Assembly (NCBI GenBank): GCA_963555825.3
Contig: CAUVXB020000002.1
Coordinates: forward strand, 288,001-352,000
Reading direction: 5' to 3'
Length of the DNA: 64,000 bases
Source of the DNA: Alphaproteobacteria bacterium
GTDB lineage: Bacteria > Pseudomonadota > Alphaproteobacteria > JAAXGF01
Position numbers and translations under genes: made by a program. This document shows positions 1-13,817 of the stretch, piece by piece. Each line of letters begins with the position of its first letter. Position 1 is the first letter of the stretch. Below the pieces are notes generated by a model. The model was not told the DNA's origin. It searched no databases and saw only the letters and a list, made by a program, of their open reading frames with translations.

Positions 1-1
1 A

Positions 2-1315
2 CAATTCGCCGGCGCCAGCGCGGCCGACAAGCGCGCGCTGGTCGCCGCCGCGCTCGTCGCGGCGGACGCCGGGGCCTGTATCCTATCGACGCCCGATTCA
101 CTCGCCTGGCTATTGAACCTGCGCGGCGGCGACGTGCCCTACAGCCCCTTCCCGCTCGGCTTCGTGGTCGCCGACCAGACCGGCCGCGTCGAGCTGTTCA
201 TCGACCGCCGTAAGCTCGCCCCCGAGCTCGGCCGTCATCTCGGCAACGACGTCTCGGTGCGCGATCCGGCCGAGCTGGGCGACGCGCTCGATGCGCTGGC
301 CGCGGCCGGCAAGCCGGTGCTTGCCGATCCGTCGTCGACGTCGGCCTGGGTGTTCGACCGGGTCACGGCGGCGGGCGGCGAGATGCTGCGCGCCGCCGAC
401 CCCTGCGCGCTGCCCAAGGCGCGCAAGAACCAGGCCGAACTGGACGGCAGCCGGGTCGCCCATCGGCGCGACGGTGCATCGCTGACGCGCTTCCTGCGCT
501 GGTTCGCCGAGACCGCGCCGGGTGGCGCGTTGACCGAGATCGGCGCCGCCGAGCATCTCGATGCGTTGCGCGCCGAGAACCAGCACTTCCGCGGCCTGAG
601 CTTCCCGACCATCGCCGGCGCCGGGCCCAACGGCGCGATCGTGCACTACCGCGCGAGCGAGGCGACCAACCGCCGGATCGAGCCGGGCGCGCTGTTCCTT
701 GTCGATTCGGGTGGCCAATACCTCGACGCCACGACCGATGTCACGCGGACCATCGCCGTCGGCGCGCCGAGCGACGATCAGCGCCGCCACTTCACCGCCG
801 TCCTCAAGGGTCATATCGCGATCGCCACGACGCGCTTCCCGGCCGGCACCTCGGGCAGCCAGCTCGACGCGCTGGCGCGCCACGCGCTGTGGCAGATGGG
901 TCTCGACTACGACCACGGCACGGGCCACGGCGTGGGCAGCTACCTGGGCGTCCACGAAGGGCCGCAGCGCATCTCCAAGGCGCCCAACACGGTGGCGCTC
1001 GAGCCCGGCATGATCGTCTCGAACGAGCCGGGCTATTACAAGACCGACGCCTACGGCATCCGCATCGAGAACCTGGTCTGCGTCGTCGAGGCGCCCGACA
1101 TCGAGGGCGCCGAACGACCGATGCTCGGCTTCGAGACGCTGACCCGCGCGCCGATCGACCGCGCGCTGATCGACGCCGCGCTGCTGACCGAGGCGGAGAC
1201 CGCCTGGCTCGACGAATACCACGCCGAGGTGCGCGAGGCGTTGACGCCGCTGGTCGACGGCGAGACCGCAGCATGGCTGGCGCGAGTCACCCGGCCGCTC
1301 GCCGAGGGATCGTGA
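2..1315 (+). CDS. pepP: Xaa-Pro aminopeptidase (aminopeptidase P, M24), 5' end outside window
   Basis: M24 motifs DSGGQYLDATTDVTRT, HGTGHGVG, VHEGPQ, SNEPGYY, GIRIEN; frame is open from the window start. Confidence 0.93.
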   Translation, partial: QFAGASAADKRALVAAALVAADAGACILSTPDSLAWLLNLRGGDVPYSPFPLGFVVADQTGRVELFIDRRKLAPELGRHLGNDVSVRDPAELGDALDALAAAGKPVLADPSSTSAWVFDRVTAAGGEMLRAADPCALPKARKNQAELDGSRVAHRRDGASLTRFLRWFAETAPGGALTEIGAAEHLDALRAENQHFRGLSFPTIAGAGPNGAIVHYRASEATNRRIEPGALFLVDSGGQYLDATTDVTRTIAVGAPSDDQRRHFTAVLKGHIAIATTRFPAGTSGSQLDALARHALWQMGLDYDHGTGHGVGSYLGVHEGPQRISKAPNTVALEPGMIVSNEPGYYKTDAYGIRIENLVCVVEAPDIEGAERPMLGFETLTRAPIDRALIDAALLTEAETAWLDEYHAEVREALTPLVDGETAAWLARVTRPLAEGS

Positions 1316-2442
1316 CCAACCCGCACCACGCAACGCCCGGCGGCAAGATCCGGGCCCGCGCGCTGGGCGTGCCGTTCGACGGCGCGCCGGGGCCGAACAA
1401 CGCGATCACCGACATCGCCGGCATCGAGGTCGGCTACCAGACGATCATCCGGGGCGACGGGGCGCTGGTCGTCGGCGAGGGCCCGGTGCGTACCGGGGTC
1501 ACGGCGATCCTGCCGCGCGGGCGCGCTGGCGTGGCGGCGCCCTGCTTCGCGGGCTGCTTCTCGCTCAACGGTCGGGGCGAGTTCACCGGCATGCACTGGG
1601 TCGAGGAAGCCGGCCAGTGCGAGGGGCCGATCACGATCACCAACACGCGGTCATGCGGCGCTGCCTACGACGCGACGCTGCGCTGGCTGCTGGCCAACTG
1701 CGACACCCTGTCGCCGTCCTGGGGCCTGCCGATCGCGGGCGAGACCAACGACGGCCTGCTGAACGACATCAACGGCTTCCACGTTACCGCCGAGCACGTC
1801 TTCGCGGCGATCGACGCGGCGCGCGGCGGACCCATCGAGCAAGGCAGCGTCGGCGGCGGCACCGGCATGGTGACGTACGACTTCAAGGGCGGCTCGGGCA
1901 GCGCCTCGCGCGTCGTCGAGGTCGCCGGCGAGCGCTACACGGTCGGCGCCTTCGTGCAGTCGAACTTCGGCGTGCGTAGCGAGCTGGTCGTCGCCGGCGT
2001 GCCGGTCGGCCGCCACATCACCGGCGGCGAGGTGCGCGCCCGGCCGGGCAGCTCGATCATCGCCATCGCGGCGACCGACGCGCCGCTGCTGCCGCACCAA
2101 TGCAAGCGGCTGGCGCGGCGCATCGGCCTCGGCATCGGCCGTTCGGGCTCGGTCTCGCACAACGGCTCGGGCGACATCTTCCTGGCCTTCTCGACCGCCA
2201 ACCGCGACTCGTTTCAGGACGGACACGCGGCGCGGCCGGCCGACTGCCTGCCCAACGACGCGCTCAACCCGCTCTTCGAGGCCGTCGTCCAGGCGACCGA
2301 CGAGGCGATCATCGATTCTATGGTCGCCAACGAAACCATGACCGGGCGCGACAGCACGACCGTCATCGCCCTGCCCCACGCGAGGCTCCTCGAGGTGCTC
2401 GCCGCCCACGGCCGTTCGGCGGACCAGGAGAGGCGCCCATGA
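1312..2442 (+). CDS. DmpA/P1-family (S58) aminopeptidase, copy 1
   Basis: NNAITD, VRTGVTAI, LNDING, GGGTGM, FKGG, SIIAIAATDAPL, GSGDIFLAFST; GTG start overlaps the pepP stop (GTGA). Confidence 0.9.
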   Translation: MTNPHHATPGGKIRARALGVPFDGAPGPNNAITDIAGIEVGYQTIIRGDGALVVGEGPVRTGVTAILPRGRAGVAAPCFAGCFSLNGRGEFTGMHWVEEAGQCEGPITITNTRSCGAAYDATLRWLLANCDTLSPSWGLPIAGETNDGLLNDINGFHVTAEHVFAAIDAARGGPIEQGSVGGGTGMVTYDFKGGSGSASRVVEVAGERYTVGAFVQSNFGVRSELVVAGVPVGRHITGGEVRARPGSSIIAIAATDAPLLPHQCKRLARRIGLGIGRSGSVSHNGSGDIFLAFSTANRDSFQDGHAARPADCLPNDALNPLFEAVVQATDEAIIDSMVANETMTGRDSTTVIALPHARLLEVLAAHGRSADQERRP

Positions 2443-3560
2443 CCAACCCGCACCACGCCACACCCAGCGGCAAGCCCCGGGCCCGCGCGCTGGGCGTCCC
2501 GTTCGACGGCACGCCGGGCGTCAACAACGCGATCACCGACGTCGGCAACGTTTCCGTGGGCTATTCGACGATCATCGAGGGCGACGGACCGCTGGTCGTC
2601 GGCCAGGGGCCGGTGCGCACCGGAGTCACCGCGATCCTGCCGCGCGGGCACGCCGGCGTCGCTACGCCGGTCTTCGCCGGCACGTTCTCGCTCAACGGTA
2701 ACGGCGAGCTGACCGGCACCATCTGGGTCGAGGAATCGGGCGCCTGCGAGGGCCCGGTCACGATCACCAACACGCATTCCTGCGGCGTCGCGCGCGACGC
2801 CACGATCCGCTGGCTGGTCGACCGTCTGGGCGGCGCCACCGCGCAGGCCTGGGGCCTCCCCGTCGCGGGTGAGACCTACGATGGTGATCTCAATGATATC
2901 AACGGCTTCCATGTCACTGTTGAACATGTACTCGAAGCAATAGACGGTGCCGCCGGGGGCCCTATCGAGCAGGGCAGCGTGGGCGGCGGCACAGGCATGA
3001 TCGCTTACGACTTCAAGGGCGGCTCGGGCAGCGCCTCGCGCGTCGTCGAGGTCGGCGGCGAGCAATACACCGTCGGCGCCTTCGTGCAGGCCAACTTCGG
3101 CATGAGACGCGAATTGACGATCGCCGGCGCGCCGGTCGGCCGCCACATCACGGGCAACGAGATCCGTTCGACGCCGGGCGGTTCGATCATCGCCATCGCG
3201 GCGACCGACGCGCCGCTGCTGCCGCACCAATGCAAGCGGCTGGCGCGCCGGGTCGGCCTCGGCGTCGGCCGTTCGGGCTCGATCTCGCACAACGGCTCGG
3301 GCGACATCTTCCTGGCGTTCTCGACCGCCAACGCCGACGCGCTCGCCGTGACGCCCGGCGCGCGCGCCGCCGAGTTTCTGCCCAACGACGCGCTCGACCC
3401 GATCTTCGAGGCGGTCGTCCAGGCGACCGACGAGGCGATCGTCGATTCGATGGTCGCCAACGAGACCATGGTCGGGCGCGACGGCACCACCGTCATCGCC
3501 CTGCCCCACGACCGGCTGATCGAAGTGCTCGCCGACTACAACCGGCTGGCGGCGGAATAG
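2439..3560 (+). CDS. DmpA/P1-family (S58) aminopeptidase, copy 2
   Basis: Same motifs, with NGNGELTG, NTHSCG and GSII processing site; ATGA overlap with copy 1. Confidence 0.9.
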   Translation: MTNPHHATPSGKPRARALGVPFDGTPGVNNAITDVGNVSVGYSTIIEGDGPLVVGQGPVRTGVTAILPRGHAGVATPVFAGTFSLNGNGELTGTIWVEESGACEGPVTITNTHSCGVARDATIRWLVDRLGGATAQAWGLPVAGETYDGDLNDINGFHVTVEHVLEAIDGAAGGPIEQGSVGGGTGMIAYDFKGGSGSASRVVEVGGEQYTVGAFVQANFGMRRELTIAGAPVGRHITGNEIRSTPGGSIIAIAATDAPLLPHQCKRLARRVGLGVGRSGSISHNGSGDIFLAFSTANADALAVTPGARAAEFLPNDALDPIFEAVVQATDEAIVDSMVANETMVGRDGTTVIALPHDRLIEVLADYNRLAAE

Positions 3561-3592
3561 GCGCGGGGATTTCGATCGATCGACGACCGCCG

Positions 3593-4153
3593 TTACGCCG
3601 CGACGATGCGGTCGTTCGCGGCCTCGAACAGGCGCAGGGTCTTCTCGACGTCGTAGGGTTGTTCGGTCAGCGCCTCGGGGTCCCATTCGCTGCGCTCGAC
3701 CTCGTAGAAGTCGCCGCCGTAGACGTGGATCGCGCCGGTCAGCCGCGGGATCGGGTTGGTCACCGAGTGGATGATGTCGGGGCCGAGCGGTATGGCGTCC
3801 TTGACGCACATCGCCGTCGCGCCCGCCGCCTCGATCTGGCGGCCGTCCTCGGCGTCGTCGATGCGGCGCCAGAACATGTTGTCCTCGCGCCCCGTATAGA
3901 TGCCGATCACCGCCCACATTTCGTGGTTGTGCGGCATGACGGTCATGTAGGGCGCCCAGACGACGTTGATGATCGTCAGCTCGGGCGATTGGTAGAGTTT
4001 CTGGACCTCGCCCCGCTTCGGCTCGCCGAGGCCCTCGATCACGGCGCTGGGTTCGGCGACGGCCCGGGCGAGCACCTCGCGCGCGGCCATATGCGTCGGG
4101 TCTTGCGCCACCGCGGCGCGGCAATCGGCAACGAACTGGTCGACGTCGAACAT
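3593..4153 (-). CDS. Cupin, cysteine-dioxygenase-like metal-dependent protein
   Basis: PHNH...W..IGIY.G.E.N and IHSV.NP...AIHVYGG metal-ligand pattern. Confidence 0.75.
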   Translation of the reverse strand: MFDVDQFVADCRAAVAQDPTHMAAREVLARAVAEPSAVIEGLGEPKRGEVQKLYQSPELTIINVVWAPYMTVMPHNHEMWAVIGIYTGREDNMFWRRIDDAEDGRQIEAAGATAMCVKDAIPLGPDIIHSVTNPIPRLTGAIHVYGGDFYEVERSEWDPEALTEQPYDVEKTLRLFEAANDRIVAA

Positions 4154-4196
4154 GGTTCCAGGCTCTTCCCTTGCTTGACTGGTATGCGGCCGATAT

Positions 4197-4235
4197 TAGC
4201 CCGGAATCTTCACCATGGACAGACGCCGCACGGCG
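4197..4235. repeat. Solo terminal-repeat remnant of the fold-back element at 47409-47951
   Basis: tagcccggaatcttcaccatggacagacgccgcacggcg matches the reverse complement of 47912-47950 at 33/39 positions. Confidence 0.75.
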
Positions 4236-4336
4236 ATAGACCCCGAAATTATTGTGAATTTGGCGCCGATGGGCTGGACGCGCGGCGCAGGTGGCTTATC
4301 ATCCGCGGCTGATTGGGGAGACGGGAGCGAGACGCG

Positions 4337-5722
4337 ATGAGCCTGACCGACTGCCGGGGCGTCCCCGTATCGACCGAAAATCGTGACCTGATAGATCGCC
4401 TCGAGGCCGCGCATGAGCTGAGCCTCGGCTTCGCCGGCGACGCGGTCGGCGCGATCTCCGAGGTGCTCGCCGCACACCCGGACTTCGTCATGGGCCACTG
4501 CTTCAAGGCCGGCCTGCTGACCCAGGCGATGGAAACCCGCATCTACGACGACATGGTCGCCTCGGTCGTCGCGGCCGAGGCGCTGTGGGACGGCGCGAAT
4601 GCGCGCGAGCGCGGCCACATCGAGGCGGTGCGCGCCTGGGTCGAGGGCGATTTCCATGGCGCGGTGGAGCATTGGGGATCGGTGTTGGTGGCCTACCCGC
4701 GCGACCTCCTGGCGCTCCAGCTCGTCCATCTCTCCGACGTCCTGCTCGGCCATATCGTCGAACAGCGCGATTGCGTCGCCAGCGTGCTGCCGCAGTGGGA
4801 CGAGGGCGTGCCGGGCTACGGCTACGTGCTCGGCTTTTACGCCTTCGGGCTCGAGGAGAGCCGCGATTTCTCGCGCGCGGAGGAGACCGGCCGCCGCGCG
4901 GTCGCGATCAACCCAAAGGACGCCTACGCGATCCACGCGGTCGCCCATGTCATGGAGATGCAGGGCCGCCAGGCCGGCGGCATCTGGTGGATGACCAGCC
5001 GCGAGGACGACTGGGCGCACGGCAACTTCGCCAGCCACCTGTGGTGGCACCTGTCGCTGTTCCACCTCGACCTCGGCCAGATCGACCGGGTGCTCAAGAT
5101 ATTCGACCAGAACCTGCGCTCGTCGGACACCTCGGGCGACAAGTACGAAGAGCTCGACGCCGCGGCGTTGTTGTGGCGGCTCAAGCTGCTCGACGTCGAC
5201 GTCGGCGACCGCTGGAGCGATCTGGCCGACAAGTGGGAGCGAAGCGCCACCGACACGCTCTACGCCTTCAACGACGTGCACGCCATGACGACCTTCGTCA
5301 GCGACGGGCGCGACGATGTCGCCGAGCGGGTGCTCAATGCAACCGAGCGCTATGCCGATCAGGCCAACGACGCGAACGTCGCGATGACGCGCGACATCGG
5401 CCTGCCGTTCTGCCGCGCGCTGCAGGCCTTCGCCAAGGCCGAATACGACGAAACGGTCGAGCGCCTGCTGCCGACCCGATACCGCACCCACCGGCTCGGC
5501 GGCAGCCACGCCCAGCGCGACATCATCGCCTGGACGTTGGTCGAGGCGGCGTTGCGCGCCGGGCGCTTCGAGCTGGCCCGCTCGCTGGCCAACGAGCGCA
5601 CCGCGGTCAAGCCGACCAGCCCGCAGAATTGGAAGCTGGTCGCACGCGCTCACCAGGGCCTTGGCGACTACGACGCGGCCGAGAAGGCGCGCGCCCGCGC
5701 CCAGTCATTGATGCCGCAATAG
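4337..5722 (+). CDS. TTC38-like tetratricopeptide repeat protein
   Basis: D.YAIHAVAHVMEM, H.WWH.SLFHL, DAAALLWRL, LGGSHAQRD motifs typical of TTC38-like proteins. Confidence 0.85.
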   Translation: MSLTDCRGVPVSTENRDLIDRLEAAHELSLGFAGDAVGAISEVLAAHPDFVMGHCFKAGLLTQAMETRIYDDMVASVVAAEALWDGANARERGHIEAVRAWVEGDFHGAVEHWGSVLVAYPRDLLALQLVHLSDVLLGHIVEQRDCVASVLPQWDEGVPGYGYVLGFYAFGLEESRDFSRAEETGRRAVAINPKDAYAIHAVAHVMEMQGRQAGGIWWMTSREDDWAHGNFASHLWWHLSLFHLDLGQIDRVLKIFDQNLRSSDTSGDKYEELDAAALLWRLKLLDVDVGDRWSDLADKWERSATDTLYAFNDVHAMTTFVSDGRDDVAERVLNATERYADQANDANVAMTRDIGLPFCRALQAFAKAEYDETVERLLPTRYRTHRLGGSHAQRDIIAWTLVEAALRAGRFELARSLANERTAVKPTSPQNWKLVARAHQGLGDYDAAEKARARAQSLMPQ

Positions 5723-5731
5723 ACCCGACTA

Positions 5732-6900
5732 ATACCAACGGGCATTAATCAGAACCCATGGGCCCATTTTCGGCGTCCGATCGACATGATCTTCCAGGGT
5801 TGATCGATGAGCCTGTTCCAGGCTTCGCAACACAGCGCGACGATATCGTCGTAGGTCTTGAATATCCTGTTGGAAAGCCAGTTATCGCGCATGAACTGCC
5901 ATATGTTTTCGACGGGGTTCAGCTCGGGCGCTCTTGGTGGCAAGAACATCAATGTGATGTTGGATGGGATCTCGAGCCTGCCGGTGGTGTGCCATCCGGC
6001 CCGGTCGATGATGAGTACAGCGTGAGCGCCTGGTGTCACCAGGGCCGAGATTTCATCAAGATGCCATTGCATGGCCTGAGTGTTGCAGCGGGGCAGGACA
6101 AGGCCCGCACCGACACCGCGCGCGGGACAGATGGCACCAAAGATATAGGCCGACTTCGTGCGTTGGTCCCGGAGCGCCGTGGGTCGGCTGCCGCGTCGCG
6201 CCCAGCGCCGGGTGAGCATGGTTTTCTGGCCGACCCGGGCCTCATCTTGCCACCAAATTTCTATCGCGGTGTTGACCGGGAGCCTGGCTCGGATCTCCCC
6301 CAACCCGGCGGGGAAGTTTTTTTTAAATCCTCGACGGCAAACTCGTTCTGCCCCTTGTGGCGTGGTCGCGCCGATATCTTGCGAAACCCCAGCGCCCTCA
6401 ATTCACGGCCCACCGTCGTCTCATCAACCGAAATGCGGAACTCTTCGAATATCCAATGCGCCAGGTCCTTTCGGCGCCAACGCACGACACCGTGGATCGC
6501 CGGAATCGGTCCGCTCTCAACAAGCCGAGCGAGCGCTTGTCGCTGCCTGTCATTGAGCTTGGCCGGCTTGCCTGTCGCCTTGCCGTCAATCAGACCATCC
6601 GGCCCCTTGGCGTTGAAACGGAGAACCCAGTCACGGACCACCTGGAGCCCGACAGTACCGATCCGCGCCGCCTCCGTGCGACGGCCACCATCGTAAATCT
6701 CAGCCAGCGCAAGAAGCCGCCGGCTCTGTCCAGCATCCTTCGACGCCTTGGCTAACCGCCGAAGCGCCGGACCATCAAAATCTTCCCGTAACGCAACCGC
6801 TCTGCCCATGGCGAACCTCCGTATCAGTTCGCCTCATTGATTCAGACTTCTTGCCGCTTGGGAATCCCCTAAATGAGTCTCCTTCAATGCTCGATGGTAT
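5732..6900 (-). mobile_element. IS630-family insertion sequence
   Basis: Imperfect TIRs ATACCAACGGGCATTAA / ATACCATCGAGCATTGA with TA at 5733-5734 and 6898-6899; two-ORF transposase. Confidence 0.9.
5749..6809 (-). CDS. IS630 transposase (orfA 6261-6809 plus orfB 5749-6303, joined by -1 frameshift)
   Basis: HTH-containing orfA; DDE motifs WQDE, IDRAGWH, PELNPVE in orfB; slippery TTTAAAAAAAAC at 6316-6327 (minus strand) in the ORF overlap. Confidence 0.88.
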
Positions 6901-6998
6901 AACACACGATCCAACCGATTGGCCTCGGTCGAATGTCTTCAGCCCGCGACTGCGGGCCGCCGACCGTTCGGCGGAAGCATGCGCGGCGATTGAGCGCA

Positions 6999-7025
6999 GG
7001 TCGTCTTTACGACGTAAAGACGACC
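6999..7025. repeat. Perfect inverted repeat just downstream of the crotonase gene; possible terminator or stability hairpin
   Basis: ggtcgtctttacg-a-cgtaaagacgacc; no U-tract on the minus strand. Confidence 0.5.
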
Positions 7026-7035
7026 GGAAACAAAT

Positions 7036-7788
7036 TTACCTTTTAAACCCAGCGACCAGCGCCGCGGTTTCTGGGTCAGTGAACGAACGCACTGTAGCCT
7101 CGGTCTCGAGCGCCATAGCGTCCTCGACGGTGCCCGTGCAGGCACGATCGAGGATCCGCTTGACGTCGCGCGCCGCCCGCGCCGGCAGGGCGGCGATGCG
7201 TTCGGCCAGCGCCTGCGCTTCGTCGAACAGCGCGTCCTCGGGCACGATCCGCCAGGCGAGCCCCATGGCCAGGGCCTCGCGGGCGTCGATCTTCTCGCCC
7301 AGCAGGATCATCGCGCGGGCGCGCTGCGCCCCGACGATGCGCGGCAACAGCGCGGTCACGCCGCCGGTCACCATCATGCCCCAACCGGTCTCGGGGAAGA
7401 AGCAGCGGGTCCCCTCGGCCATCAGCAGCAGATCGCAGTCGATCGCCCATTCGAAGCCGCCGCCGGCCGCCCAGCCGTGCACCGCACCGACCACCACCTT
7501 GTCGCCGTGGACGATGCGGCGCGTGACCTCCTGCAGGTCCTCGATATAGCGCTGTGCGACCGCCGCGTCGCCGCTCTGCTGGTCGAACTCCTTGAGGTCG
7601 TCGCCCGAGCAGAAGGCGCGCCCGGCGCCGCGCAGCACGATCGCGCGCACCGCGTCGTCGGCGTTGGCATCGGCCAGCGCGGCGTTGAGCTCGTCGATCA
7701 TCGCCGCGTTGATCGCGTTGAGCCGGTCGGGCCGGTTGAGCGTCAAGCTGCAGACCGCGTTCTCGACGGTGCTGAGCACGGTGGTCAT
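7036..7788 (-). CDS. Enoyl-CoA hydratase/isomerase (crotonase) family protein
   Basis: LTLNRPDRLNA, AFCSGDDL, AAGGGFE, FPE; both catalytic Glu positions present. Confidence 0.9.
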   Translation of the reverse strand: MTTVLSTVENAVCSLTLNRPDRLNAINAAMIDELNAALADANADDAVRAIVLRGAGRAFCSGDDLKEFDQQSGDAAVAQRYIEDLQEVTRRIVHGDKVVVGAVHGWAAGGGFEWAIDCDLLLMAEGTRCFFPETGWGMMVTGGVTALLPRIVGAQRARAMILLGEKIDAREALAMGLAWRIVPEDALFDEAQALAERIAALPARAARDVKRILDRACTGTVEDAMALETEATVRSFTDPETAALVAGFKR

Positions 7789-9095
7789 GATCGATCCTCC
7801 CTGAAGACACGGCGCGTCTTGCCCGCCGAGCGCGGCAGTTCGAACGGCGCGAGCAGCGTCACCTCGGCCGAGGCGCGCGTCGCCTGCTTGATCGCCTCGG
7901 CAAGGGCGTCGGCGAGCGCCGGCGTGGCGGCGTTGCCGGACGCCAGTTCGGCGTCGACCGGCAGCCGGTGATAGGGCGCCGGCCCGCGGAGCCTGATACG
8001 AAATTCGCCCGACAGCTCGGCAAAGCGCGTCACCACCGCCGCGACATCGCCGGGAAAGACGTTGACGCCGCGCACCACCACCATGTCGTCGGCGCGCCCG
8101 ACGATGTGGATTCGCGGTGCCGTGCGGCCGCAGGCACAAGCATCCGTCGCGGTGACCGTGACGATGTCGCCGGTGCGGAAGCGCACCAGCGGCTGGCATT
8201 CGCGATTCAGATGGGTCAGCACCAGCTCGCCGGTCGCGCCGGCGGCCCAGTCGATCGGCGCATCGCCGTCGGGCGCGACCAGCTCGGCATGGAGCGCGTC
8301 CAGGGTGACGACGTGGAGGCCCGCGCCCTCGCCGCACTCGACGGCGACGGTGGTGAGCACGTCCGAGATGCCATAGAGGTTGCGTGCCGCGAGCCCCCAA
8401 GTCGTCTCGATGCGCTCGCGGAAGCTCCGATTCTCCAAGCCGGGCTCGCCGCCCAGCAGCGCGAGCGCGAGGCCGAGGTCGGCTGGCGCCAAGCCGTCGA
8501 AGCGCTCGTCGATGACCTTTTCGAGCACCGCCGGGTACGACGGCGTGCAGTAGATCGCCGTGACGCCGAGCTCGCGGATCGTGCGGATCAGGTGTTCGCT
8601 GTCGCCGACGCCGAACGGCACCACCGTCGCGCCGGTCGCCTCGAGCGTCGCGTGGTCGGTATAGCCGCCCATCCAGAGCTGATAGTTCAGGCAGTGCACG
8701 ACGAGATGGCCGGGACCCAGTCCGCCGGCCTGCATGGCGCGGCCGCTTACGGTCGCGAACATCGCGGCATCGGCGGCCGACAGCGCGATGTTCAGCGGCC
8801 GGCCGCTGGTGCCCGAGGTGCGATGCAGGCGCATGACGCGCTCGGGCGGCGTCGCCAGGTAATCGCCGAACGGCGGTCGGGCGGCCTGGCTGTCGCGCAG
8901 CATGGCCTTGGTGGTCAGCGGTAGTTCGGCCAGGTCGTCGAGCCGCGCCGGCGGGCGCCTGCCGGCCCACAGCCGTTTGTAGAACGCCGAGTTCGCTGCC
9001 AGGTGGGCGCGCTGCTTGCGCCAGCGCCGCGCGCGAAACGCGGCGAGCCGCTCGGCCGGCCAGAAATCGTGGTCGCCGAGCCGCGGGCGAGCCAC
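7785..9095 (-). CDS. Phenylacetate-CoA ligase family (PaaK-like) acyl-CoA ligase
   Basis: TSGTSG P-loop, YGISD, RFRTGD, GRADDM..VRGVNVFP, GK. Confidence 0.85.
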   Translation of the reverse strand: MARPRLGDHDFWPAERLAAFRARRWRKQRAHLAANSAFYKRLWAGRRPPARLDDLAELPLTTKAMLRDSQAARPPFGDYLATPPERVMRLHRTSGTSGRPLNIALSAADAAMFATVSGRAMQAGGLGPGHLVVHCLNYQLWMGGYTDHATLEATGATVVPFGVGDSEHLIRTIRELGVTAIYCTPSYPAVLEKVIDERFDGLAPADLGLALALLGGEPGLENRSFRERIETTWGLAARNLYGISDVLTTVAVECGEGAGLHVVTLDALHAELVAPDGDAPIDWAAGATGELVLTHLNRECQPLVRFRTGDIVTVTATDACACGRTAPRIHIVGRADDMVVVRGVNVFPGDVAAVVTRFAELSGEFRIRLRGPAPYHRLPVDAELASGNAATPALADALAEAIKQATRASAEVTLLAPFELPRSAGKTRRVFREDRS

Positions 9096-9096
9096 C

Positions 9097-12880
<3,784 letters not shown>

Positions 12881-12902
12881 GGCGAGGGGCGCGCCCTCCG
12901 GG

Positions 12903-13742
12903 CTAAAAGATCGAGTTCCAGGATTGCGAGATCCACGATTCGTCGCTCGCCTCGGGCCTGAGATCACGGCCGGTCAGCAGCGCGTATGAATCGAGGTACC
13001 ACTCGCTGCCCGGAAAGTTGTGGCCGAGCACGGCCGCCGAGGCCTGCGCCTCGTCGATCACGCCGAGCGCCAGATAGGCCTCGGTCAACCGGTGCAGCGC
13101 CTCGGGAACGTGGCTCGTCGTCTGGTAGAACTCGATGACGCTGCGGAAACGATTGATCGCGGCGATGTACTGCCCGCGCTCGAGATAGAACCGGCCGACA
13201 CTCATCTCCTTGCCTGCCAGATGGTCGCGGGTCAGATCGATCTTCAGCCTGGCGTCGCGCGCGTAATTCGAATCGGGAAAGCGGCGCACCAACTCGTCGA
13301 GCGATTCGAGCGCCCGCTGGGTCATCATCTGGTCGCGCCCGACGTCCGAGATCTGCTCGTAGTAGCAGAGCGCCGTGATGTAGTACGCATAGGCCACCTC
13401 GCGGCTGCCCGGATGAAGCTGGATGAAGCGCTCGGCGGCGAGGATCGCCTCGTCGTAGTTGTTCGATAGATAATGCGCGTAGGCCGACATGATCTGCGCC
13501 TTGTTGGCCCACACCGAATAGGGATGCTGGCGCTCGACATCGTCGAAGCCGGCCGCGGCGGCGTTCGTGTTGCCGGCCTCGAGGTCGTCCATGGCGCGGT
13601 TGTAGAGCTCCTCGACGGGCCGCTCGAAATAGCTGTCTTGGTCGCTGCTACAGGCGACCAGCGCCAAAGCGAAGAGCGATATCAGGCCGAGGCGGGCGGC
13701 GAGGACTCCCATCCGGAAGCCGCGGATACGAGACGGGTTCAT
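12903..13742 (-). CDS. bamD: Outer membrane protein assembly lipoprotein BamD (start may be 13712)
   Basis: Lipobox LVAC; ERQHPYS.WA, HLAGKEM..GRFY, HVPEALHRL; dcw context. Confidence 0.93.
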   Translation of the reverse strand: MNPSRIRGFRMGVLAARLGLISLFALALVACSSDQDSYFERPVEELYNRAMDDLEAGNTNAAAAGFDDVERQHPYSVWANKAQIMSAYAHYLSNNYDEAILAAERFIQLHPGSREVAYAYYITALCYYEQISDVGRDQMMTQRALESLDELVRRFPDSNYARDARLKIDLTRDHLAGKEMSVGRFYLERGQYIAAINRFRSVIEFYQTTSHVPEALHRLTEAYLALGVIDEAQASAAVLGHNFPGSEWYLDSYALLTGRDLRPEASDESWISQSWNSIF

Positions 13743-13817
13743 GAGCACCTTATACCAAGGATCAGTGATAGAGGCCCATAGAGATCGTATCCGCCGCACG
13801 AATTCAACGGCACGCCG

